DNA of 54,634 nt from Thermoproteus sp. (GTDB lineage Archaea; Thermoproteota; Thermoprotei; Thermoproteales; Thermoproteaceae). The position numbers were made by a program, and so were the translations under genes. Below the pieces are notes generated by a model, which was not told the origin of the DNA, did no database searches, and worked only from the letters and a program-made list of their open reading frames with translations. The stretch lies in assembly GCA_049976425.1 (NCBI GenBank), contig JBMFIG010000009.1, forward strand, positions 1-54,634. The letters are read 5' to 3'. Below are positions 19,456 through 28,332 of the stretch, one piece after another. How positions within the stretch are numbered: the first letter of the stretch is position 1; each line of letters starts with the position of its first letter.

Positions 19456-19875
19456 ATGGAGTTCCCCGACGTAGAGCTCAAGGCCCACACAGGCGAGGTC
19501 GTGAACCCCAAGAAATACGAGAAGGCGGTGGTCTATTTCTTCCCCAAGGCTTTCACGTCGGGTTGCACTAGGGAGGCCATAAGGTTCAACGAGCTCTACG
19601 ATGAGTTCAAGGCCGCCGGCTTCGAGATCTTCGGCGTGTCAGTCGACGGCGTCGATACGTTGAGGAAATTCGCCGAGAAGTACGGGCTGAGGTTCAAGCT
19701 CCTCAGCGACGAGGGCGGAGCGCTCGCGAGGAGGCTGGGCATCCTAAGGCCCACCGGCACCGCAGAGAGGGTGACCTACGTGCTCAAGTCTGGGTCGATA
19801 GCGGAGGTCTTGCGGGGGCTCAAAAGCGCCGACCAGCACGCCGATAAAGCTTTAGAGGTGGCAAAGAGGATCTGA
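19456..19875 (+). CDS. bcp: Peroxiredoxin, BCP/PrxQ family (1-Cys)
   Basis: VYFFPKAFTSGCTRE, GVSVD, LLSD..G, AERVTY. Confidence 0.92.
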   Translation: MEFPDVELKAHTGEVVNPKKYEKAVVYFFPKAFTSGCTREAIRFNELYDEFKAAGFEIFGVSVDGVDTLRKFAEKYGLRFKLLSDEGGALARRLGILRPTGTAERVTYVLKSGSIAEVLRGLKSADQHADKALEVAKRI

Positions 19876-19930
19876 CGGTGATGTCACCACGCAGGCCAGA
19901 GATAGATGATCTATGACCTGCCGGCTGATT
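19876..19930 (+). ncRNA. Box C/D guide sRNA (candidate 16S rRNA target)
   Basis: C GTGATGT (19878), 12-nt guide CACCACGCAGGC, D' CAGA, C' ATGATCT, 12-nt guide ATGACCTGCCGG, D CTGA (19925). Confidence 0.75.
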
Positions 19931-20906
19931 CGAAGAGCTCGAAGAATTTGTCCCTGACATAGGGCGTATCCAACGCGATAGATCCGCCGACCACTAGATG
20001 TCGCTCTCGGGGGACCACCTCGCCTATTATCGAGGCCTCTACGCCCGCGCCTCTCAGGCGGCGGAGCGCCTCGTCGGCCTTATCTCTGGGGACGGCCGCG
20101 AGCAGAGCGCCCGAGCTCAACGTGGAGAGGGGGTCGAGCCCCACGGCCGAGCACAGCGAGGCGGCCTCCTCGTATACCTTGACCGATCCCGGATCTACCC
20201 TTATCGTAGCGCCGGAGGCGTAGGCCATCTCCGCGAGGCCTGCCAGGACGCCGCCTTCCGTGGGGTCGTGCATGGCGTCCGCCAGGTCGGCTATGAGGAG
20301 GGCCTCCTTCACGACCGACACGCGCTTTATGAACCCCGCCGCCCTCTCGAGGACGTCGTCGGCGATTCCCAGAGCCTTGAGCCTATCTCTGAAGTCAGTG
20401 GCGAGTATGGCGGCGGCCTCCATGGCGGCGCTCTTGGTCATGATGACCAAGTCGCCCGGCTTGGCCCCGCCCGTGCTCACGTACCTATCGCCCTCGCCTA
20501 TGGCGGCCATGACGACCAGAGGCCTCTCGACGGCTGTGGTGACCTCAGTGTGGCCGCCCACTATGGCGGCGCCCAGCTCCCGCGCGGCTGCGTCCATCTG
20601 TCTCGTTATCTTGTCCAAGACCTCCTCGCTCGAGCTAGGCGGGAGGAATATAGTGGGCAGTAGCCACCTAGGCCTTATCCCCCTAGTAGCTAGGTCGTTG
20701 GAGACCACGTGTACGGCGAGCCACCCCAACAGCTCGACGGAGCCGGATATGGGGTCGGTATGCGCAGCTATGTAGGGCCCTCTGGTCTTGATAATTGCGG
20801 CGTCCTCGCCGAGGCTGGGGCCCAACAACACAGACGGGTCGTAGGAGCCTGTCCTCGACCATATGTAGCGCTCCACTAGCTCCAGAGGCAGTTTCCCCAC
20901 CTTCAT
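19911..20906 (-). CDS. AIR synthase-related (HypE/PurM-fold) protein
   Basis: GKLP, GEDAA, HTDPI, NDLA..G, IVGGHTE, AMHDPTEGG. Confidence 0.88.
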   Translation of the reverse strand: MKVGKLPLELVERYIWSRTGSYDPSVLLGPSLGEDAAIIKTRGPYIAAHTDPISGSVELLGWLAVHVVSNDLATRGIRPRWLLPTIFLPPSSSEEVLDKITRQMDAAARELGAAIVGGHTEVTTAVERPLVVMAAIGEGDRYVSTGGAKPGDLVIMTKSAAMEAAAILATDFRDRLKALGIADDVLERAAGFIKRVSVVKEALLIADLADAMHDPTEGGVLAGLAEMAYASGATIRVDPGSVKVYEEAASLCSAVGLDPLSTLSSGALLAAVPRDKADEALRRLRGAGVEASIIGEVVPRERHLVVGGSIALDTPYVRDKFFELFESAGRS

Positions 20907-21349
20907 CGCCTCCCGAGGCTTCTGAGGAGCCCCTCGGCTATCTCGCCCAAGGTCTTCTTGCTGTCCTCGTCAAGCTTGTCCCAGTTCTCCAGGAGGAAGT
21001 TGTAGAGGTTCTCGAAGGCCAAGACAGCCTCTTTTATGTAGTCCGACCCTATCCCCAAATAGCGCCTCCCCTCGTCGGTCAGCTCGTAGTACTTCTTAGG
21101 ACCGTCGACTCTGGCGACGCGGATAAGCCCCTCGGCCTCTAGCTGGGCCAGCGCCGGGTAGATCGAGCCCGGGGAGGGGCGCCACAATCCCCACGTCATC
21201 CTTTCTATCTCCTCGGCTATCTGGGCGCCCGTGAGGGGGCTCCGCGAGGCCAATATACGCAGTATTATGTATCTGAGCCCCCGCCTCCTCACGTATAGAG
21301 GCGGCCCCTCGCCCCACATCCAAGGTCTGCCCCTATGCCAGTGATCCAC
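20903..21349 (-). CDS. PadR-family transcriptional regulator (start uncertain)
   Basis: GLRYIILRIL, WRPSPGSIYPAL..LE.EGLI, KKYYELTDEG; GTG start chosen about 25 nt below a TTTAAA box. Confidence 0.85.
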   Translation of the reverse strand: MDHWHRGRPWMWGEGPPLYVRRRGLRYIILRILASRSPLTGAQIAEEIERMTWGLWRPSPGSIYPALAQLEAEGLIRVARVDGPKKYYELTDEGRRYLGIGSDYIKEAVLAFENLYNFLLENWDKLDEDSKKTLGEIAEGLLRSLGRR

Positions 21350-21371
21350 CTCGAAACCGTTATCGGAAATT

Positions 21372-21875
21372 TTAAACGTTTCGAAAACCATAGGCCGAGA
21401 GGACCTCGCGGAGGACCCTATCTCTGTTGTCCCTCGAGAGCACCACAAGCCGGAACCCCCAGCCCTTGACCATATCGGCAAGCCTCATGTGGACTACGGC
21501 GAGGCCGTTGGGCGCCTGGGCCAACGCGGCTCTGGCGGCCTCCACGAAGGAGGGGCATTTCGCCTCCATAGGGCCTATCTCGTCCACCACCAGGAGGTCG
21601 ACGTCGGTCGCAAGCGACGACTTCATGAAATCGCACGCGCCCAAGTTCACCGCGTATCTGCCCACCCTAGGTTCGCCGTAGCCCACCCTGGCCAGTTGCG
21701 ACCTGCGCCCGTCGGCTAGGCTCAAGACGTCGAACCCCACCCTGGCGCCCCCCTCCCTCACCTCGAGAGTCACGAAGCCGCCTACCCTCACCCCCGAGGC
21801 CCTCGCCGCCTCGGCCACTCTGAGGGCAAGCGTCGTCTTGCCCGAGCCCGGCGGACCCGTCACGGCGATCTTCAC
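21372..21875 (-). CDS. Nucleoside-triphosphatase THEP1 (NTPase_1)
   Basis: IAVTGPPGSGKTT, GGF.T.EVREGG.RVGF, RVGRY.V, VVDEIGPME. Confidence 0.92.
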   Translation of the reverse strand: MKIAVTGPPGSGKTTLALRVAEAARASGVRVGGFVTLEVREGGARVGFDVLSLADGRRSQLARVGYGEPRVGRYAVNLGACDFMKSSLATDVDLLVVDEIGPMEAKCPSFVEAARAALAQAPNGLAVVHMRLADMVKGWGFRLVVLSRDNRDRVLREVLSAYGFRNV

Positions 21876-21899
21876 GGTAGTTAAGGGGGCTATAAAAAT

Positions 21900-22255
21900 C
21901 AGCCCTTTCACGCGTCCTCACCGCTCGGCCTCGTCCAGCCTCCTCATTCGCGTAGGACCACAACTGGGGCTTAAAGACTTCTCACTGGCTTGTGCCGGGC
22001 CCTTCTCCGCAGACGATCCCCTCCAGATATTTAGCGGCTGGCCTCGGCGGCGGTGTCCGGATCCGGCCTCAGAGCGTTTACGAGAGCGGAGATCGCGAGT
22101 CCTTCGGGGTCTAGCCCCTCCTCGCGGCCTCGTGATATAGAGGCGACGCGGCGGCCGCGCCGGATCCCGGCAAGCCCGCTTGGACGCGCTATCGACGCTC
22201 TTACGGCCCCGAGATCAAGAGCGCCGCGGTCCGCGAGGCCGTCCAGGTCGGCCAT
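21900..22255 (-). pseudogene. Possible decayed DUF1641 paralogue
   Basis: Broken frames give LADRGALDL, KPVRSL and EEAGRGRAV, in the same order as LKRSGVLDA, KPVKGI and PDVQRGLGV of the neighbouring intact DUF1641 gene. Confidence 0.35.
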
Positions 22256-22291
22256 CTGACAGCTCTTTAATAATGCAGGGCTCTAAGGATA

Positions 22292-22345
22292 CGATGATGA
22301 GCACAACCTAAAAGCCTTGGGTTGCTGGAGTGGCCAGGGCTGACT
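22292..22345 (+). ncRNA. Putative box C/D sRNA with atypical internal region
   Basis: Perfect C box ATGATGA (22294-22300) and D box CTGA (22340-22343); TTTAATAA promoter-like box about 25 nt upstream; internal CAACCTA/TGGGTTG hairpin instead of clear C'/D'. Confidence 0.6.
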
Positions 22346-22805
22346 ATTGTTGCGGCTGTTTTCCGAGCATCTTGAGCAGGGCGAACGCGACGCCTAGGCC
22401 TCTCTGCACGTCCGGGTCGTTCAAGGCGCTGAGCAGGCCCCATATGCCCTTCACCGGCTTGGGGCTCGCTATCAGGTCGGGCGACGCGTTCTTGCCCAGC
22501 CTCACTATGAGCTCCTGCATGGTCGCCTTCACGTTGAGTATGTCGGGGGTCTCCAGCTTAGACATGGCGCCCAAGGTGCCGTCGACGCCGATAGATAACA
22601 AGCGGAAGACGGCGGGGTCCTGGAACAGATAGTGTATCAACTCCTCGAAGCGGTTGACCACTATCATCATCGCGTCCAAGACGCCGGATCTCTTGAGCTC
22701 CAGCAGTTGGTCCAGCAGGCTCTGCAGCTCGTCTGCGTGCTCGGCCAAGGTCTTCAACAGCTCCGCGAGCTTCTGCTCGGCCTGGGGAGAGGTCTGCGCG
22801 CTCAT
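22344..22805 (-). CDS. DUF1641 family protein (common SQR partner)
   Basis: L..LKRSGVLD and C-terminal PKPVKGIWGLLSALNDPDVQRGLG; start ATG overlaps the SQR stop. Confidence 0.85.
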   Translation of the reverse strand: MSAQTSPQAEQKLAELLKTLAEHADELQSLLDQLLELKRSGVLDAMMIVVNRFEELIHYLFQDPAVFRLLSIGVDGTLGAMSKLETPDILNVKATMQELIVRLGKNASPDLIASPKPVKGIWGLLSALNDPDVQRGLGVAFALLKMLGKQPQQ

Positions 22806-23971
22806 ATCGTTGTCGCCAGCCATGTCTTGTAGAACAAGTCCTTTATTAACTTCCCCAGCGGCGACTTCAGTATGCTGTAGCAACTGCCCATCCAGGCGGC
22901 CTTGTTGTTGGCGAGATCCAGCTTTATGTCGCAGTTGAACATCATGCCGAACTCGCCGTAGTCCATGGCGCAAGTCATCGCATTTATCTGGGCGGGGTCC
23001 ACCGGCTCTCCCAAGATCTCGCCGGCCACCATGTTGGCGCTCGCCATGGCGGTGAAGTGGACCGGCACGCCGGCCGTGGGCAGGCCTATCGCGGGCATGC
23101 TGTGCTCTCCGGGGAGGTAAACGTCGTCGTACTTGACGCTTCTGCCCGTCAACACGTTTATGGCGGTCCACGTGCCGTTGGGGAACTGCGCGGTCAGTGG
23201 AGTCCCCTCGAACGGCTTGGGTAGCCTAGAGGGCGGAACCACGACAAGCAAGTCGTACTTCACCTTCTCGCTACCGGCCGTCACGGTCTTCGTCTTCTCG
23301 TCGACGGGGCCGGGCTGGGTCACTCCCCCTATGTATTTGATGTTCTTGGCCGCGAAGGTCTCCAGGGTTATCTTCACCGCCTCGGGCCCGAGCGGCTGGA
23401 TCGGGCGCTGGAACGGATGTATGAGAGTTATGTCGACCTTGTCCCTTATGCCTCTCTTCCTGAATATGGCATCGAGCTGCCCCACTATCTCGAAGGGATA
23501 TACGCCGTATCTGTAGACGGGCTCCGGCGTGTAGACGACCACGCTCCCTCCGTGGAAGTTGGCCAGGGCCTCCTTGAACTTGAGGGCCCCGTCTAGGGTG
23601 TAGTTGTGGTTCCCCGCCGCCAGGTTGTAGGACTTGAAGTCGAAATCGGTGCCGAGGCTCGCGATGAGGTAGTCGTACTGGAACTTGCCTTGGTCCGTCT
23701 CCACGGTCCTGTTGTCGGGGTCTATCTTCTCGACGGTAGCCTTGACCGTCTTCACGCCTCTATAGGCAAACCGCGAGAGGGGCAACATGGCCTGTTGGGG
23801 CGATATATCGCCGAACGCTATGTTGACGAGGAGCGGCGGGAGCAGGTAGTAGTCGGTGTCGCTTATGAGCGTTATCTCCACGTCGGCGCGGCCGCGCGTC
23901 CTCTCCGCGATCCTCTTGGCCGCGACGACGCCGCCGACCCCTCCACCGAGTACCAGTACTTTCTTCGGCAT
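22802..23971 (-). CDS. Sulfide:quinone oxidoreductase-like FAD flavoprotein
   Basis: VLVLGGGVGG, YDYLIASLG, RKRGIRDKV.I, YDLLVVVPP; operon with DUF1641. Confidence 0.85.
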   Translation of the reverse strand: MPKKVLVLGGGVGGVVAAKRIAERTRGRADVEITLISDTDYYLLPPLLVNIAFGDISPQQAMLPLSRFAYRGVKTVKATVEKIDPDNRTVETDQGKFQYDYLIASLGTDFDFKSYNLAAGNHNYTLDGALKFKEALANFHGGSVVVYTPEPVYRYGVYPFEIVGQLDAIFRKRGIRDKVDITLIHPFQRPIQPLGPEAVKITLETFAAKNIKYIGGVTQPGPVDEKTKTVTAGSEKVKYDLLVVVPPSRLPKPFEGTPLTAQFPNGTWTAINVLTGRSVKYDDVYLPGEHSMPAIGLPTAGVPVHFTAMASANMVAGEILGEPVDPAQINAMTCAMDYGEFGMMFNCDIKLDLANNKAAWMGSCYSILKSPLGKLIKDLFYKTWLATTI

Positions 23972-24053
23972 GTGAGACCTCATCGGCACCTATTTAAGTA
24001 TTAATACCTAGGACTTTTCATTTTTCCGATAACAGAACAAAATCCTGTTTCTG

Positions 24054-24668
24054 CTACTGCGCCTCAGCCTTGACTAATTTAGAGAGTTGCTCTATAATTT
24101 TATTTTTAACCTCCTCGAAATGCTTAGGCAACTCCTCAGGCGCCAGCCCGCGTTGTAGATATCTGGAAAACCTCCTCTTGTACTCCTCCTCGTTCTCCGA
24201 CTTGAGCCTCTCGGCGTACTCGGCCACGTGGGCGCCCGAGATCCTGTCGTCCTCGGGCAGTACGTCCTCGTCGTGGGGCACCTCAAGGCCGGCGTCCAGC
24301 GCCCCCCTCAACACGGCGAATACCCTGGACTGCGGCGTCGGCCTGTGGAGCCCTATATCCAGTATGGCCTTCCTGACGCCTTTAGCCAAGGCCTTGTACC
24401 CGATCGCCAGGCCCAAGAGGTAGGCCGCGGCCGTGTTGTTCTCGTCGCCCTTCCAGCCGAACTTGGCGAGGTACCTGGTGTCGAGGCCCACCAGAGTCTC
24501 GTCTCCTTGAGGCCTCGCGACGACTATCTGCGCTATTATGTGCTTGTTGGTCTTCCTGACGACGAGCCTCGGCAACTTGCTCACGACGAGCTTCCTGCGC
24601 TTCCTGTAGTTCGTCACGCCCATCCGGCGCCTCTTAAGCGGGACCTTATATCTGCCGGACCGCGCCAT
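24054..24668 (-). CDS. rpl18: 50S ribosomal protein L18 (uL18)
   Basis: [38 protein letters not shown]. Confidence 0.96.
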   Translation of the reverse strand: MARSGRYKVPLKRRRMGVTNYRKRRKLVVSKLPRLVVRKTNKHIIAQIVVARPQGDETLVGLDTRYLAKFGWKGDENNTAAAYLLGLAIGYKALAKGVRKAILDIGLHRPTPQSRVFAVLRGALDAGLEVPHDEDVLPEDDRISGAHVAEYAERLKSENEEEYKRRFSRYLQRGLAPEELPKHFEEVKNKIIEQLSKLVKAEAQ

Positions 24669-24670
24669 GT

Positions 24671-25114
24671 CTACCTAACCTTCTCCTTGGCCAGGTTGTG
24701 CTCGTTTATGTAGGTCTTCAAGTGCCTCAGATCGCGGAAATAGTTGCCCTTGACCATTCTATAGAGCATGCGCCAAGTCGCGGGCGTTATGAGGCCCTTG
24801 CGCTTAAGGGTGTTCAGATATCTCCTGAGAGCTCTGACCTTGTTCTTCCAAGCCTCCTCCTCGTCGAGCCTAGGCCCCTTCTTGCTGCCGTGCCCCCTCC
24901 TGCGGCCCAGCTTCTTCCTGGCGTGCGCCTCCCTCCAACGGCCTCTGCTTACGCCCTTCTTGTGCTCGGCCCATATAAGCCCCTCATCTATCAAGGCCTT
25001 CACGTCCTCCCTCGTGACGACCTCGGAAACTCTGTCGAGGGCCTCGGGCGATATCCTCACTCTGCTCTCGCCGACGCCGAGGATCTCGGCCGCCAGCCTC
25101 TTAACGTCGACCAT
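24671..25114 (-). CDS. rpl19e: 50S ribosomal protein L19e
   Basis: [35 protein letters not shown]. Confidence 0.96.
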   Translation of the reverse strand: MVDVKRLAAEILGVGESRVRISPEALDRVSEVVTREDVKALIDEGLIWAEHKKGVSRGRWREAHARKKLGRRRGHGSKKGPRLDEEEAWKNKVRALRRYLNTLKRKGLITPATWRMLYRMVKGNYFRDLRHLKTYINEHNLAKEKVR

Positions 25115-25120
25115 GGCCCC

Positions 25121-25615
25121 TCACTGCGTCGTCGATTTATCTTTTTCCTCGGCCGCCCCCTGGGCTTGCTGTGCCGCCTTCTCGGCGCGCTCCAGAGCCT
25201 CCAGCGCCTTCTTGCCGGGGTTCAAGACGTAGAACCCCTTCTCCCTCGCCTTCTTGATTATCTCGATCCTTTTCCTCAAGCCGACGCCTGCGGCGATCCT
25301 CACCGCGTGGGTCTTGGGATCGAGCTGGTCGAGATCCTCCGGCCTATAGACGAGCGCCTCGACGAAACCGCTGGGGTGTAGCCCTCTGGCGAGGGCCGGC
25401 TTCCTGTAGCCGACCTTGACCTTAGGCGGATATCCCTTCCTCTGTTGTCTTATCTTGTTGTCGAGGCTCCTCGGCTTCCTCCAGCCCGAGTCCTCTATCC
25501 TTACATATCGCCACTGGTCTATCCTGACGAAGTCCGGCTTCCTCCTCTTGGCCTCTAGCCTCATCCTCAACGCGGCCTCCAGCTCGGCCGACAGCTCCCT
25601 CCTAGGACGCGACAC
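25121..25615 (-). CDS. rpl32e: 50S ribosomal protein L32e
   Basis: KP.FVR, WRKPR.LDNK.R, KVGYR.P...RGLHPSG. Confidence 0.96.
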   Translation of the reverse strand: MSRPRRELSAELEAALRMRLEAKRRKPDFVRIDQWRYVRIEDSGWRKPRSLDNKIRQQRKGYPPKVKVGYRKPALARGLHPSGFVEALVYRPEDLDQLDPKTHAVRIAAGVGLRKRIEIIKKAREKGFYVLNPGKKALEALERAEKAAQQAQGAAEEKDKSTTQ

Positions 25616-25735
25616 GCCCCCTCAACATAGGGGTATTTAAGCTATCCTACGCCCGGCGCCTCGGCGGGCGGCCCGGGCTCCGCGCCGGCGGCGTATCCCC
25701 ATCTCTAAGTTAAAAAACCTTGAATTAAACGCCAT

Positions 25736-26278
25736 ATGGACGTAGAAGTAGGCGGAGTGAAGGTCCGCTTTATATCTTGGCCCGAGGCGATAGAGATGTC
25801 TGAGGCGTTGGGCAGGAAGGTGCTGGAGAGCGGCTTCAAGCCCGAGATAGTGCTGGCGGTCTCGCGCGGCGGCTTAGTTCCGGCGAGGATCATAAGCGAC
25901 GTCCTCGACGTCGACAACGTAGTCACAGTCGCGGTGAAGTACTGGGCCGTCGCGGAGCGGAGGGCGGAGAGGCCGGTGTTGTACCACGGGGTGGAGCCCA
26001 GCGTCGTGGGAGGCAAGAAGGTGCTGGTCGTGGACGAGGTAGCTGATACGGGAGCCACCTTGAAGCTCATCGTGGATCTCCTAAACGTCATGGGCGTGGC
26101 CGAGGCCAGGACGGCCGTCCTCCACGTCAAGTCGACCAGCAGCCTCACGCCCGACTACTACGCGGAGAGGGTGGCCGAGTGGGTCTGGATATCCTACCCG
26201 TGGAGCCGTTGGGAGGACTTCAGGGAGTTCAAGAAGAGGGGCTACGACATAACCAAGTATATTGAGAGGATCTGCTAG
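25736..26278 (+). CDS. Purine phosphoribosyltransferase (Gpt/Hpt type)
   Basis: AVSRGGLVPA, VLVVDEVADTGATL PRPP motif, PDYY, WISYPW. Confidence 0.9.
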   Translation: MDVEVGGVKVRFISWPEAIEMSEALGRKVLESGFKPEIVLAVSRGGLVPARIISDVLDVDNVVTVAVKYWAVAERRAERPVLYHGVEPSVVGGKKVLVVDEVADTGATLKLIVDLLNVMGVAEARTAVLHVKSTSSLTPDYYAERVAEWVWISYPWSRWEDFREFKKRGYDITKYIERIC

Positions 26279-27036
26279 GCCTTTTCGAGAAGCTCCTCGT
26301 AGCCGCAGTTGGGGCAATAGAGACGCTCCACGACCTTGTAGATCCCGTTCTGTATCTTCGCCGTCCGCTCGACCACCTTAAGCCGCGAGAAACACCTCGG
26401 GCAGCTGTACTCCGTGGGCCTATACGCCCCGGCGGCCGCCAGCACTCTGCGCACTTCGTAGGTCGATAGGCCGAAGGCCTTGCCTATATCCCTCAACGAA
26501 GCGCCTCCGGCCCTCATCTCGACTATCTTGGCCACGACCTCCGGCGGAAGCCTCTCGGCGACGTTCGATATCTTCCCGGCCGCCTTAGCCCTCTCGAGAG
26601 CCGCCTTGGTCCTCTGCCTGATGAACTCGCGCTCCATGGCCGCCACGAACGCCAGCACGGCGCGCAGGAACTGCCTATACATCCCGTCGACGGTCTGCAA
26701 CGCCTGCTCCCTCTCGGAGGCCGAGACGACGACAAGCCCCATCTTGTTCTCGACGACGTCCAGCAACTGGAAGAGCTCCTGGAAGGATCTGACGAGCCTA
26801 GAGACCTCGTAGACCAACAAGACCTTGGGCCTCGGCTCGAGGGACGAGGCCTCCTCCATAAGCCTCCTGAACGCCGGCCTGGTCCAAGGCTCGGTGGCGC
26901 CTGAAACCCCCACGTCTACATAATGCCGCAGTATCGTCAGGCCGTGCGCCGGCGCCCACTTCTCCAAGTACTCGCGTTGGTTCTCGGGGTCCTGGCCCTC
27001 GGTGGATACGCGTATGTACGTGACGGCCGGGATCAC
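26275..27036 (-). CDS. Serine recombinase (resolvase/invertase) with HTH and C-terminal Zn ribbon
   Basis: YIRVST..Q...Q, D.GVSG...RP, SRLVRS, ER..IRQRTKAAL; HTH GASLRDIGKAFGLS; CPRC...CPNC. Confidence 0.92.
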   Translation of the reverse strand: MIPAVTYIRVSTEGQDPENQREYLEKWAPAHGLTILRHYVDVGVSGATEPWTRPAFRRLMEEASSLEPRPKVLLVYEVSRLVRSFQELFQLLDVVENKMGLVVVSASEREQALQTVDGMYRQFLRAVLAFVAAMEREFIRQRTKAALERAKAAGKISNVAERLPPEVVAKIVEMRAGGASLRDIGKAFGLSTYEVRRVLAAAGAYRPTEYSCPRCFSRLKVVERTAKIQNGIYKVVERLYCPNCGYEELLEKA

Positions 27037-27081
27037 GCAGTGGGCGGGGCCACGTTTTTTATTGAATACGCGGTATTACCC

Positions 27082-27573
27082 GTGAGGGTTGCCGGGGTGG
27101 ATCTGGCTGTGGTGAGGCCCAGCGCGATAGCCGTGCTGGACGACTGCGAGCTGGTGGCCTACCTCTCGGCGATGGAGCTCGAGGAGATAGTCTCGGCCCT
27201 CTCCCCATACAGGCCGGCGGTGGTGGCCGTGGACGCCCCGCTGAGCAAGCCCGACGGGTGGCTGAGGGACGTCGAGCGGGAGCTCCGGAAGCTCGGCTAC
27301 AGGCTTTTGCCTCCCCTCCTGGGGCCTATGGCGAAGCTCACCGAGAGGGGGATACGGCTCGCCCAGATGTTGGGCAACGCGATAGAGGTGCACCCCAAGA
27401 CGTCGTTGAGGGCCATGGGCCTCGACCCCCAGCTCGTATATAGCAGGTACAGACCGCCCACGAAGGACCACTTCGACGCCGTGCTGGCCGCCTTGACCGC
27501 CTTGGCGTACTTGAAGGGGCTTTATAGATCAATAGGGCCGTTCGTCCTCCCGCTGGGAAACCCCTGTCAGTAG
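27082..27573 (+). CDS. DUF429 RNase H-fold predicted nuclease
   Basis: [36 protein letters not shown]. Confidence 0.85.
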   Translation: MRVAGVDLAVVRPSAIAVLDDCELVAYLSAMELEEIVSALSPYRPAVVAVDAPLSKPDGWLRDVERELRKLGYRLLPPLLGPMAKLTERGIRLAQMLGNAIEVHPKTSLRAMGLDPQLVYSRYRPPTKDHFDAVLAALTALAYLKGLYRSIGPFVLPLGNPCQ

Positions 27574-27953
27574 ACGTAGGCCAGCAGAACGCCGCCCGTC
27601 CTCTTCTCCTTGGCCTCGACGTGGGACATAACCCCGTGCGGCGTCGATATGACCAGAAGGCCTATCTGCCTCGCGGGGAGGAACTTCTGCTCCCACAGAG
27701 GGATGTCGCGCCACTTGACCGAATAGCGGGGCTTGATGGGGCCTATGTCGTTTATCTTGCCGAGAAGCTTCACTATATACTTGCCGCCCCTCCCGTCGTC
27801 GATGTACTCTATCTCGCCCACGTATCCGCCCCTCTGGAGGACCCTCAAGACGTAGTACACCAGCTTGCTGACCGGCCAGATGATCACCTGCCCCTTGCCC
27901 ACGGCCTCCGCGTTCTTGATCGTGATGAGCGCGTTGGAGAGCACGTCGAGCAT
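27567..27953 (-). CDS. rps8: 30S ribosomal protein S8
   Basis: [38 protein letters not shown]...GG.LLAYVY. Confidence 0.96.
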   Translation of the reverse strand: MLDVLSNALITIKNAEAVGKGQVIIWPVSKLVYYVLRVLQRGGYVGEIEYIDDGRGGKYIVKLLGKINDIGPIKPRYSVKWRDIPLWEQKFLPARQIGLLVISTPHGVMSHVEAKEKRTGGVLLAYVY

Positions 27954-27982
27954 GTCGCCCCTCTAATGGCGCATTTTTAAAT

Positions 27983-28147
27983 TTAATAGTAGCGGCGGAA
28001 GCCCAGCTCCTCGGCGACCTCCCTAAAACAGCGCCTGCACAACATGAGCCCGTACTTCCGTATCACCGCCTCCCTAGTGCCGCACCTCTGACACCTGATG
28101 GCCCCCCTGCCGTACTTCCTCTCCTTAGGCGGCCTGACCTTGCCCAT
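27983..28147 (-). CDS. rps14: 30S ribosomal protein S14 (Zn-binding; not in the ORF track)
   Basis: Manual translation: [54 protein letters not shown]. Confidence 0.95.
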   Translation of the reverse strand: MGKVRPPKERKYGRGAIRCQRCGTREAVIRKYGLMLCRRCFREVAEELGFRRYY

Positions 28148-28205
28148 CGCCTCCCACGCAAGAAGCCCCTTTTAAATTTTGTAGCGCCGCCGCGCGGCGG
28201 AGGGC

Positions 28206-28268
28206 GATCAGCGCCCGCCATGTGCGCGAGGCCTCGTCACGTCTAGGCGTGGGTTCAAGTCATCACGG
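28206..28268 (-). ncRNA. Box C/D guide sRNA, probable tRNA T-arm target
   Basis: Minus strand: C GTGATGA, guide CTTGAACCCACGC (antisense to GCGUGGGUUCAAG, a tRNA T-arm-like sequence), C' GTGACGA, D CTGA at 28208-28211. Confidence 0.65.
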
Positions 28269-28279
28269 AGAGAAATCTA

Positions 28280-28332
28280 CGTCAGTTCTTAAAGGATTCT
28301 TCACGGATCGAGGGGGTGAAGCGTCATCACGT
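28280..28332 (-). ncRNA. Box C/D guide sRNA, probable dual 16S rRNA targets
   Basis: Minus strand: GTGATGA-CGCTTCACCCCC-TCGA-TCC-GTGAAGA-ATCCTTTAAGAA-CTGA; ATTTAAG promoter-like box upstream. Confidence 0.85.

Noticed and set aside
22806-23171. N-terminal extension of the DUF1641 ORF (275 aa)
   Set aside because: Overlaps the SQR coding frame; the ATGA coupling at 22802-22805 gives the true start
25648-25696. GC-rich imperfect hairpin (TACGCC...GGCGTA) between divergent promoters
   Set aside because: No box motifs or recognisable RNA family; such pairing is expected by chance at this GC content
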